This document shows, one piece after another, positions 39,086-50,565 of a DNA stretch of 64,000 nt (its first letter is position 1; each line of letters begins with the position of its first letter). The position numbers and the translations under genes were made by a program. The DNA comes from Callorhinchus milii (lineage: Eukaryota). Under the pieces are notes generated by a model that saw only the letters and a list, made by a program, of their open reading frames with translations, was not told where the DNA came from and made no database searches. The DNA lies in contig NW_024704743.1 in assembly GCF_018977255.1 (NCBI RefSeq), positions 31,250,001-31,314,000 of the forward strand, read 5' to 3'.

Positions 39086-39699
39086 ATAGTCAATCCACTT
39101 TACAATATATTCTGTGAATTGCTTTGAGATGTCTCAACAACTTGTTAAGGCTCTATATCAAATGCAAATTATTATTATGCGAGAGAAAACAAAACTTTAA
39201 ATCATTCCTAATTGGCAATCTGAACAACCCTCACTTTGCTCATGGTTCTCAATAGGGCCCGTATAAATAAACTTTGGTGTTCTGGGAATATGTTTCTTTT
39301 CCAAGTTCATGCCAATAATAAACAATAGTCTACTTTGTCCAGAAATTTGCAGAAGATCAAAGCCAAATTTCTACTCAACAGAAAATTGATAAGTTTAAAA
39401 GCTACTCAGAGCGATACAAAAATTTGATAAGTTTTAAAAGCTATTCAGAGGGTTATAAAAACTACTACACTTCCTGAAACCATCAACAGCTTATTTCAGC
39501 ATTGACTGGCAATAAATTAACTTCAGTTCAATAGATTAAACACAAAATATTATATATATCAACATTCTGAACTAAGCACCATATTTTTATTACTACCATA
39601 TAGTTCAGAGCCAAATACTCAGTTTACTATAAACATAAAAGCCAACTGGTCTCAAGTAGAATACTGATCAGTTAACAGGTATCCAGCATAAGATCAGGC

Positions 39700-39979
39700 T
39701 TTGTATTATTAACACCTCTATTCCCCTGTTTTGTTGCAATCCCCCCTTTGTTTTGCATTATTAACATCTATTTAATCCATCATTCCCTGTCCTCTACCCC
39801 ATTTTCTCCTTTGTGTTCCTTGCCCTGCCTCCCCCCTCTCTGTTAACCCTTAAAAGCCTCTCCCTCCCAACATGCCCCAGTTCTGATTAAGGGTCGTGGA
39901 CCCAAAACATTGACTCACTTTCCTTTCTCCCTAGATGCTGCCTGACCTGCTGAGTGTTCCCAGCGACTTCTGTTTCTGT
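39700..39979 (+). mobile_element. Penelope-like element 3' terminus with degenerate minimal hammerhead motif
   Basis: Pyrimidine-rich UTR, then agttCTGATTAa-gggtc-gtg-gaccc-AAAAC-att-gact and tagatgctgcctgacctgctgagtgttcccagcg; same unit at 45232-45447 and 48134-48230. PLE assignment from recalled shark repeats. Confidence 0.7.
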
Positions 39980-40246
39980 CCCAGTATAAGATACTAGTTA
40001 TTTTCTGAAAGTACAGTAACAAGATGATTATCCAGACTAATTGGGACCAGTCCCTTTGCGAATAAGGAAACAGCATTTAATTAGATAACACATAAAATAC
40101 AAATTGTCTAGAGCCGAGACTAAAACATTGTTCCATTAGGAATAATATTCTCACTGTAGTACTACACTGTGTCAACCCTTCTCTGTCACATTTGTTTTCC
40201 TTCAGTCTGCTTCTTTTTTTACTCTGTGTTCTTCTCTTTCTGAAAC

Positions 40247-40380
40247 TCTAACTTTCCACATCTTTATCTTTACAGTACTTCATCCTCTAACCCTAAATTG
40301 TGGATTGTAAAAATCTAACTTTCCATATCTTTATCTTTACAGTACTTCATCCTCTAACCCTAAATTGTGGAATGTAAAAA
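40247..40380. repeat. Tandem duplication, 2 x 67 bp
   Basis: tctaactttcca(c/t)atctttatc...gtgga(t/a)tgtaaaaa twice, 2 mismatches. Confidence 0.92.
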
Positions 40381-40575
40381 TATAAAGCCTTACTTTCGCA
40401 ATCTGCAAACTCAGTTAGTGCCTACTTGTGAAGCGGTGTTGCGCATGTGTGCAAGGTTGCTAATATCACATGGCGAGGCTCAGAACATCCTTTGAACCTT
40501 TGAGTGCCCAATTGTGCACAATAATTTTTTCCAATATCTCGCAGGCCCTGCATCTATCTTCTGTGTATATAAAAA

Positions 40576-40733
40576 AATCCTTGCACTTGATATAGCACCT
40601 TATCACGTCTTCAAGACATCTCAAAGTGCTTCACAGAAGTATACTGTAAAGTGTATATTTTGTGGGCTAAACGCAGCAGCCAATTGTGCACTGCAGTGTC
40701 CCACAAACAGTCATGGATTGAAGTGACCAATTT
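40576..40733 (-). mobile_element. SINE 3' half
   Basis: Older-type tail and body in reverse. Confidence 0.85.
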
Positions 40734-41774
40734 CTTTCTTTCTTTTGGCGGCTGTTTCAAATAAATGGCATGCTGCTGAACAGCACAGCACTTCAAGAGG
40801 TAAGATATAGAAAAATTGTGCAATTGATTTGAATGCATGATCCAACTGCATAACTGCAGTAATTCTGACATAGCAGTAGACAGCGATATCAGCGCTAATG
40901 ACAATAGAGTACCTTTCACATCAGGAGAACATTCCTGAATGACCTGGGAGTTGATCATTTTTTTAATGCAGAAGTCACCCAGCATGGGGGGAAATGAGCC
41001 AGCCAGCTGCAAACATGCAGAGTGAATGTGCAAGCACTATCATAACCCCCCTATAAATCAGATTGGGTTTTATGGACCCTATCTACTGCCTTACAACAGG
41101 ACACTACTATATTTATTCTGCACTGCAACAACTCTCTACTTAATGCGATGACTGATCGGGTCTCTATGTTTTATGAAGATTAATCCCCAGTGCTCTATTT
41201 GAATTTCTTAACAAAACTTGACGATGTCTGATTCCAATTCTTAACAAAAATGTACTGCAATGCTGAAGTATGTCATCGTTCAAATCAACTCTTGGCAAGG
41301 ATTTCAACATGTTTTAATTTGTCACGTACATTCGGGCAGTTCCTGGATCCAGGGCACAGAAGAGATTTAAACAAAACAAGTACATATTGACGACACATCC
41401 ATTATGCAGCCATTCACATCTGATACTAAATCAGCATATCTTTCATGTCAATCTATACAGCTGGAACGATGCTGAATCTTGGTTGCGTTTACCCCAAGCA
41501 TTTAAAATTCAGTATCCCCGTCTCACATATGTTCCTATTGCATTAAACATCTGGTAAAGGTCATAGCATTGGTTATTACATATACTCATATCATGTGATC
41601 CAAGGATCAACTTGTCTCTACTTGTAAAGTTAATATATTTTCCTGGATTCTTCTAATTAACCCTGTAATAACTATACGTTGGGAGTAGAAATTCTGAACT
41701 ATACCACACCTACATTAATTAAGATGTGCCATGTAATTTGGAGAGTAAACTAGAATAATGGTGATCAAATAAGA

Positions 41775-42150
41775 TCCATTTCTTTTGATCAGTTGTGTGT
41801 CTGACACATGAGGAAAATGCTTAAGAGTATCCAGATAAACACTCTTCCAAATATGTATGTCACTTACAGATGGAAATTTCTCTGTGCCTGGAATAGATTG
41901 CACATGAAGAGATCCACTCTGCGGATCTAATTCCAGAGAGTATTACGTGCAAGCTGGCAAAAACTAAGACTTGGGGACTTTTAGAGTGTGAATTTTGCTG
42001 GAATTTAACCAGTTCACATCATACAGCTTACCAATGAGAACTTTTCGTTGCTTGTCCATTTAGGACCACCCTGTCCTTTAAGGCTTTGTTTTGCAGGATT
42101 AACAGGAGCCTTGTGGGAAGAATCTCTGTCCTTCCAAAGTAGGCCAATTT
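41775..42150 (-). repeat. Family X repeat copy (only minus-strand copy)
   Basis: ctgacacatg...ttaagagtatcca...ctaattccagagag...ttaacaggagc...gggaagaatc is the reverse complement of the family core. Confidence 0.8.
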
Positions 42151-42959
42151 GGCCAGCTCCCGCTTGCCTCCCCTCTATCATCCCATCCAAAATATCAAAA
42201 ATTCCCATGAGGAATTAACACGGTATTTTCTAGATAGTTGTAGCTATATTCATCCTGTGCTAAGGGACTGAAACATCCACATTTTTCTAGCGTTTTTGGT
42301 AAACAACATTTTGCGGGAGACAGAATGGTGGTGTTGGTAGGGAACTCCAAGAAACGTGGGGAAAGTATTCAAGAAATATCAACGGAGAAAATTAAGAAGA
42401 CTTAGGACAACAATTAAGTGCTCAAACGTAATCATATTCCTATATTTAAAAACAAAGGAGCAAATATTTATAAATACACATTCCTATCCATGTGCCTAAC
42501 ATCAGTAAGCTATACTGTGTCTTGCCTCTTCCTAGTGTCATCCCCTTGTGTATGCAATAGACTGATTCAGGACATCTGAAATCTATGTGAGAGCCAAAGA
42601 GAGTGGGACCTCTCAGGTGTGTCCCTGAGGTACAGATATAGGCGGAGGAGGTTGTGGCCTCACCGCCTCACAACTCCACAGGTGCTTGGCTCCTGGTTGG
42701 ACTAGATTGGAGGAAAACGGGAGAAGATGGAACAGAAGTTGAGGACAACAGGGAAAGGACGTGGGGATAAGATAGCGAAGAGGGAAGAGAGGGAGAAGGT
42801 GGCGGGGATGCCGAAACAAATGAGAAGCACATGTGCAACATTCATTCACAAAGCATACATTACCGATTGAATTTCATGCATGATATAAATAAGGAACATA
42901 TGTCTTTGATGGATAACAGCTACACAGACAGCATTAACTACTCCTCACCTTCATGTGTG

Positions 42960-43420
42960 CAATAAACAGATAAACAGGAAAGCCTCCACTGTGATTACTT
43001 CTGAGTCAAGTGGAGAAGGAGGGTCTTCCATGAACTTGCAAGTTCAAACGTTTCAGTATTGTAATGGCTCTCATTTCGAGGAAGATATGAATGCTCTGGC
43101 TCTGTTTCAAAGAGGTACAGGATCGTGTATCATATTGATTTTACCTTTCACTTGTAAAAAACGAAGATCCTCTTCACCTGTATTATACACAGAGGCTGCC
43201 TGCCCAGTTTGATTTGTGGAGTCACGTAGGCCATGGCCCTTAGGTGACCTCGGGTAAGAATGCCGTAGGCTCAAAACATTTGTCCCAAAAGGACATCACA
43301 TGTTCGTCAATGTCCAGAATTATCTGTGCACTCAGCTTCGGCAGCTTTGTCTCCCTCACCATACCCCCTTGCTCCATCCAAGTGCCATTTCCCATTGAAA
43401 CTGGTGTCGATAGACAGGGG
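42960..43420 (+). mobile_element. Possible heavily decayed non-LTR RT fragment
   Basis: PFPIETGVDRQG resembles the F.I.TGVRQG RT motif; upstream FQRGTG resembles GFR.GRG. Weak. Confidence 0.3.
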
Positions 43421-45231
43421 CAGCCAGCGGGTGATTATCATCTTAAAAATATATAATTTTTAAAGTTTTGTTATGTTGTGATCACTTCACTGTGCTTGTT
43501 AATATGAAATAGCGGCTTTTGTGCTGCAATTAGCTTTGACGGCTTCCAGAGATTGACACTCACAAACCACAATTTCCCTGCACTTATGTTTTGGTGGAAA
43601 AAAAAGATTGGCATCTACATTTGTACAACGGAATTTCAACCTCAGTTGAAATACTTATTCTATTGCGTGACCCAGTAATGCAGATAGTTAAAAACTTGAC
43701 TCCTGATAAAAAAAATTGGAATCCATCGATTTCAATATATTCTAAAGAAAACTGTGAAATTCATGCAAGCCAACTCAGAGACATGGAAACACATCAGACT
43801 CACCCCGAATGAACTCTACCTACTGCCGATTTGGGATGTTTGACTGATTATTTGTTCTGTACAATAGTGAAGCTTGTCTAGAAGTGTCAAAGATTGACAC
43901 CATTCATAGGGGTGCTTTAGAAACCACAGATTCCCTAATACCATGAAATATCAAATTCAACTTGGGGTTTGAGTGGTTGGAATAAATACCTTTTTTCATT
44001 ATATATTAATACAATATGTGTGAGCTGCATTCATTTGGAACATGCATGTATTTGACATATGTAGTCAAGTGGCACTCATTACGTTCTTTGAAGTTTGAAT
44101 TTGACAGGATGTAGTTATTATTAGCAGGTGTTCAAAGTTTAAAAAAATAACTGAAGGACTGAAAGTGATTGGATTACTTGCTGGAGGCATCGTAATCCTC
44201 ATTTACTATATGACATTCCCCTCCACATGCCTAGGTCTAACACCCCAGTGATACTACAGCAGGCAGGTGGCATCGTTTTCAGTTGTACGTCAATTCAGAG
44301 TGGAAACTGCAGGTATACTGTCTGCTTAGAATGTCTGTCTTAGAAGGGCCATGGCACAGTACCAAGGGGCATTTACAATTAAATATATGTGCAGAACGCC
44401 AGAACCTGGAGTGAACGCTAGTTAGATTTTTTTTTACAAAGGTATTCAGGCCGATTCTTCAATAACATTAAAAAGCCAAAGGGTCACATACAAAGTGTGT
44501 TTTAAAGTTTGTTTTATGTTTCAAACCTCCCTTTGGATGAGTTTCAGTAAAAGAGAACAAATGCAAAGAGAATACAATGTTTAAACAAAATATGGAAATA
44601 AAGTGTAATGCATAAAACGGTTGAAAGGAAAAAAATATATGAAACAGTTCCCCTTGGGGAGGGGAAGAAGAAAAAAAGAGGAAAATCGACACCAGATAAT
44701 TCTACAACAAAAATCCAGTGGAGAGAAATAAGAGAATCAACCTGCTGAAAGCTGTAGCAGAAATTATTTAAATCATTGAAAAGGCAAGAGATTTAAAACA
44801 ATTCACAAAAACAGAAGAGGTTTTCTTTTAAAAAGGGAGGGGGTAAGAACATAAAAAAGCAAGATAAAATGGAGTCTGGCAGTAAAAGAAAACATAATTA
44901 GAGTGACTGTGCTCTGGGAAAGAACCTGAAGTAAAACGAGGCCTGCCAGTTATTGAGACATAAAACTCAAATTAATTTAAGATGCAAATGTTTACAACGA
45001 GAATTGAAAAATTATAAAATGTGTAACCCAAGTATTTCAGAAAAAATGGGTTTTTCAAATCAATTTAATGATAATGGAAATCCATCTGAAACACACCAAT
45101 GCACATTCATTTCCGAATCAAAAGGAATACTGAAAGAAACAGAATATGTTCACAAATGTGTCATATTTCTGCACATAGTTCACTTTCCTCTCACTGAATC
45201 AACAGCAGGTTGAAAGGTCATTAGGAAACGT

Positions 45232-45447
45232 AAAATACTGTGGATGCTGGAAATCTGAAATAAAAATAGAAGTCGCTGGGAACACTCAGCAGGTAAGACA
45301 GCATCTGTGGGGCAAGGACAGTGAGTTAACGTTTCAAGTTAATGACCTTTCATCTGAATTCTGACAAAAGGTCATTGCATTAACTCACTTTCCTCTCTCC
45401 ATAGATGCTGGCTGACCTGCTGAGTGTTCCCAGCGATTCTGTTTTTA
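45232..45447. mobile_element. Head-to-head inverted pair of Penelope-like termini (~90-bp-arm palindrome)
   Basis: Left arm agaagtcgctgggaacactcagcagg...gtgagttaacgtttcaagttaatgacctttcatctgaa mirrors right arm ttctgacaaaaggtcatt...ttaactcac...cctgctgagtgttcccagcga; centre gaattc at 45356-45361. Confidence 0.8.
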
Positions 45448-46902
45448 GGTCATTACAATATTGCTCTCCTCAGGGAACAACTTTTTCCTTTTCTTTCTTT
45501 CAAATTTAGTAATCTTTTCTCTTTGCCCTGGACCATTTCTCAGCTCAAAGGCAGATAAACACAAGACTCGGGACCTTAACAAGTTGTAAGCAAATGTACA
45601 AACGCTACTGGGGTAACTTATCCTCTCATTCCTCTCCCTCCCTTGTCTCTGTGAGGAATGCCCAACCACCCACACACCCCACCCACCCAACCAACCCAGA
45701 AAATAAGCATCAAACTGGAGAAACAGCATTTGAGGAAAATCATGTAGTTAAATCCACATCTAACCTTCTGTGTTTTTTGTGGCTCAGTTCATTGCTATGT
45801 TCATTTACTCTGTTTCCAACTGTATGAATATACTAATGAGCCAACCAATGTATTCACTGCAAATAGCACCAGACCAATAGAAATGTTCTTTACGTCCAAT
45901 AACTCCAAGTTTAACTACAAGTTGGACATCACTTGCCCAATGGCAAGAAATTAGTTGAAATGATTGACCAAAATATACTTGGCTCATAGCCACATCCAGT
46001 GTTTAATGTGAATAATAATTTTCTTTTCAAAAATAACACGTCAACAATTATCATGAGAAGTTTCCCTCATCAGTCTTATCAGAACAGAATCAACGGCCTA
46101 ATATTTCTAATCCAAAGCAGTGATTCTACATCAATCACATTCTGTACTTGTTGCGCTCCTACCCTGTTATTGACTCATCATCCCATCTATAGCTGAATGT
46201 CTCAAGCAAAATGAGTATACATTATTTCACAAAATACTCTCCCAATGCACACACAGGAATGCACAATTCTACCAGCTGACTGTCATTTCTGAACTCAGCA
46301 TTTCAACAACAACAACTTGCATTTATATAGCCACTCAGGTGCAGTAGCGTTCTGGAGCGTCTCCCTCACATTTGGCATCATATAGTAATACAAATGAATC
46401 TGTACATATTTTCCTCGGATTGACATGGCACACAGTTGTTCCTTTCGAGTCCGAGAGGTTCCAAATTCTGTCACCAATTACTTGAATGTGCAAAATGCTG
46501 GACTTGGTGCCAGATAGGACAGCTGCAATTGATTCATTGCTTCATCATGACAGTATTGCCATCTCTCAACACCAAACAAGCAGACACCCAACATGTAAAC
46601 AAGGCTAAATCCCAAATCTCGTGAATTCATTGCAATGCTGATAAAATAAACAATGCACAAGTCCAACTGGCAAACATACACACAGTAAATATGGTTTTAG
46701 GATCGTAGAAATGTACAACACAGAATCATGTCTGAAAGCGTCAACTTGTCTTAACGTCGTACTCCTGCCTTTGGGTCAGAAGGTTGTGAATTCAAGCCTC
46801 ACATCAGGACCTGAAGTCACATTCCAGTACAGTCCTGGGAAGTGTCGCACTGCCAAATTTAAACTCAGTAGTAATGACAAATATAAATTCAAAAGAACAT
46901 AA

Positions 46903-47327
46903 TGATCCTTGCATTTGACATAGCATTTTTCACATCGCCAGGGCATCTCATTGCATTACTATAAAGTGTAGTGTCTGTATTCTGTAAGGCTAATGCAGCA
47001 GCCAATTTACGCAAAGCAATGTTTCATAAACTGCCAGGAAGTGAATGATCAATTTTTATTTGGTGATTGCTGGCCAGTTATTGAGACATAAAACTCAAAT
47101 TGATTTAAGATGCAAATGTTTACAACATGAATTGAAAAAATATAAATGGGAGAAATTCCCTTCTCTTTTCAAATAGTGCAATGAGATCTTTAACATCCAC
47201 CTGAACAGGCAGGTAGGACATTGGTCTCAGCCTAAACCTCATGAGTTCCAAGTCTCAACAGGGGGCTTGAACCCACAACCTTCTGTCTCAGAAGTGCTAG
47301 TGCTTACCAAATGAGCCAGACTGACAC
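46903..47327 (-). mobile_element. Near full-length Deu-domain SINE with a ~70-bp foreign insert
   Basis: Sense head gtgtcagtctggctcatttggtaagcact...cagaaggttgtgggttcaagcc, Deu core, tail aaatgcaaggat. Confidence 0.8.
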
Positions 47328-47456
47328 TTGGCTGCCGCATTTCACCCACGAATACACAATCAATTCACTTTACAGTCAACTCTGTGAAGCGTTTTGAGAC
47401 GTCTAGAAGATGTGAAAAGCACTATATCAAATGCAAAATGCAAGGATTATTATTAT
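47328..47456 (+). mobile_element. SINE tail
   Basis: ttggctgccgcatttcacccac...atgcaaggattattattat. Confidence 0.85.
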
Positions 47457-48133
47457 CTGTATCTGTTAATCCAGCAATGGATCGAGTTGCAATGCTACAA
47501 AAGAATCACACCTGTAAAGCAGCAAACCTCAGGCTAAACTGTTCATTCAATCAACAAGTTTTGTATTGGATTCACAGGGTCAAGGCTCAAGTCAAAACCA
47601 GGGCATCCAACAACTGGGATGAACAGATACAAAGGCAACCCATCAACCCAAGTTACACTTCAGTCTCAATAGATTTAACTAAAGCTATATTAAATACAGT
47701 ATATGTCATTTCACAAACGTTAGTTACGTGGTAACAATTCAGCTAACCCTTTCAGAATTGCTTGAATCGTCAAACATGAACAAAAGCAAACTAGCAAGTT
47801 GAAAGTGAAGTGGTTAAAGGCTATATATCCAATGGCAGGTTTGTTCTTTAGAAGGAAGATAATATATTTGGAAAAAAAATCAGTGAATTTTAAGCAAACT
47901 TATTCCTTTCAAATGTTGCCATGAAAGGGAACAACATATCTGTAGAGGGAGTTGTAGACGGTTGGGACCTAGTGGCTGAAAGCACAACCTCCGATGGTGA
48001 AGTCGGAGTTGAGAGCCTTGCAGAAGACCAAGCCTGTTGAGCAAAGGTGGCAGGTAAAGGAGTGGGCGTGAGCAAACTATTGCTCCAATGAAAATAAAAG
48101 ATCAGGATTTAAGAAAATTCTAACCAAATTTGG

Positions 48134-48230
48134 GTTCTGACGAAGGGTCATGGACCCAAAACGTTGTCTCCCCTTCCTTTCTCCATAGATACTGCCTGAC
48201 CCACTGAATGTTCCCAGCGACTTCTGTTTG
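48134..48230 (+). mobile_element. Penelope-like terminus with best-preserved hammerhead-like motif
   Basis: gttCTGACGAa-gggtc-atg-gaccc-AAAAC-gttg, followed by ccatagatactgcctgacccactgaatgttcccagcg. Confidence 0.72.
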
Positions 48231-48449
48231 TGTAACGTATTTTATGGCTCCAAACCACTGCCCTTTAATTGAAACCCAGTTAAAGGGTAGTCGTTCAGAC
48301 CCAAAAAATCATAACTATAGCAAGGTACAATAGCTGTTTTCACTGCACGTGCACCCGGATCCTACACATTTCATGCTGAGCTGTGCTGCTCACCAGGTAC
48401 TTGCCACCTATCAAATGAGGCTTCAAACCTGCACGTGCTGCAGGAACCT

Positions 48450-48712
48450 GGCCAGTCAGTGCTCTCAATGATAAACTATGTGGTTTAGCTGGTTAAACTC
48501 CAGCAGTACCTCAACGTCCACTCTCTTGAGTCCCCATGATTTGGTTCTTGCCAACTTGTGCCTAACACTCTCCGGAATTAGATAAGCAGAGTGTGTTCCT
48601 CCGGGGAGAGAGCAGCAATTCTGCTCCAGACACTGAAATTTCCACCTGGAGATGACAAACGTGGAATCATCTGGTTTGGATACTCTAAAGCACGGTGATG
48701 GGACAAACACGG
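48450..48712 (+). repeat. Family X repeat copy, 5'-truncated
   Basis: cagtgctctcaatg...tttagctggttaaactccagcagtac...ctggtttggatactctaaagcacggtgatggg. Confidence 0.85.
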
Positions 48713-49055
48713 TATGACCAATAAATAATGCACACAGCTGACCATTCGGTCACTATTTGCCAGATGGTTCTTGAACTACAAAAAATAGCCATCATCCAGA
48801 TTATTGGGTTACTGCTGTTATTACCACCGTCACTTCCTGTTTTTTGCACTTGTGCAAAAAACAAGAAGCGATGTCAATGGCAACCTAATGACTTGGAAGT
48901 CAGCCATTTTGCCAGCAGGTGTTCAGGAAGGAAGCAGGCAATGAATTGGGCAAATGCTGAAATTGCACTATAAAAACAGCGTTATAAAACGGGAGCACTG
49001 CATTTGATTTTAAGTTAATGGAACTATTTCCATTATTTTGAAACTTACAAGGAAA

Positions 49056-49235
49056 GCAACAGCAACAACAACTAGCATTTTTATAGCGCCCTTCATACGG
49101 GATAACTTCACAGAACGCTGAGCAATGGCATAGACTGAAGCCAAACCAGGGGGGGAAGAAAAGGTCTTATAACAGGTATGGTCGAAGAGGAACGTCTTCA
49201 GTTGTGGTCTAAAGATGGGCAAAGAAGGGCAGAAT
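49056..49235 (-). mobile_element. L2 3' end (tail type B), diverged
   Basis: caacaacaactagcatttttatagcgcccttc...ggtcgaagaggaacgtctt. Confidence 0.75.
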
Positions 49236-49924
49236 CATTGCGAGTTTATGGCAAAGAACAGGACCATTCAGCACATTGTGCTATAAGATAATGAGTGTTG
49301 TGAACTAATCAAAGACGACTACATTTTCCTTTGGAATCACAAACTAACCTAACTTGCCTTCCCAGCTGAAGGAGGTCAAAAAACATAGAGGAAATGGAAA
49401 TAAGCCATAGGCGAAATTAGAAGACTAACTATGTTAAGTGAAACATAAATGTCTCTTTCATTAAACAAAACCTGGTAGATTTATTTCTGAAGCAATACAT
49501 ATTCCATCTGTTCAGTAAAGCCATACATGCTCCAACAGTTCAGTAATGCACCAACTTCATGCAAACATACAATTGTTCCAACTAGACAGGACAGAACCTG
49601 AAATAAAGGTGTACAAAGAAGAAAAAAAAAGGTTACACCCACCTGTGGAAAGTAATCACAGTGAATGACGTTCTGGTTGGTCATGCACATACGTCAAATT
49701 CGTGACATGAATTTACTATCAATAAATCATTCTTCAAAACATTAAACAGTAGCATAAAATACAACCCAAAGTTCCACTATCATTTTTTATTAAACAATAG
49801 TGAATCAGCTGCTTTTATTTCAATTTATTAACAATAATCCTTGTATTTGGTAAAGTGCCTATCGCAACATCCCAAAGTGCGTCACAAGATTTACTGTGAA
49901 GTAGAGAAATTGTGTATACAATAC

Positions 49925-50298
49925 AAATTAAATTTGTATACCGCCTTTCACATCGGGAGGACGTCCCAAGGTGCTGGACAGTCAGGGATTTGGACCCAAA
50001 CTGGGAGTTGGGATTGGGGAGGGTGGAGGGCTGGGAGAGATGGAGGGTGGCCGAAGGCTCAGTCGAAGAGGAGGGTTTTGAGATGCGCCTTAAAGGAGGC
50101 AAGGGAGGGAGCGAGGCGAAGGGAATGTGTGATGGAGTTGCATACGGTGGGGGCAGAAAGGCTGAAGGCCCGATCGCTAATGTTGCGGCGGGCCAGGCGG
50201 AGGACATGGAGAAGGCTGGAGCCTGCTAAGCGGAGGGAGCAGATGGGTTCACATCAGGTCGCAGAGGTAGGAAGGAGCAAGGCGGTGGAGAGCCTTGG
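49925..50298 (-). mobile_element. L2 3' fragment (tail type A)
   Basis: tttgtataccgcctttcacatcgggaggacgtcccaaggtgctggac...ggggcagaaaggctgaaggccc. Confidence 0.9.
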
Positions 50299-50565
50299 GC
50301 GAGGATGCTCTCTCCATCAAGCACCAAGCTCTCCAAGATGCTATCCTGCATAAAGAGCACTATGTAAATGCAAGTTGTTGTTGTACACATTTGGACTATT
50401 TAAAATACAATTAGATGTCATAATGGAAGGGTTAAGATACTGGAAAATAAGGTTTCAGTGGGTTGACTGGCCCTTTGTAAAAACCCAATTTTTCTTCCGT
50501 TTCTAAGATTTACCTATTTACCAAGCAGCGTGGCCGTGAATCAGCAGAACTTTGTTTATAATGTG

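Noticed and set aside
46055..46075. Minus-strand CTGATGA-gg-GAAAC hammerhead-like string
   Set aside because: No helix II and no helix I/III pairing; chance match.
47890..48075. Ser/Thr/Pro-rich ORF as a nested gene exon
   Set aside because: No recognisable homology, no clear donor, no partner exons.
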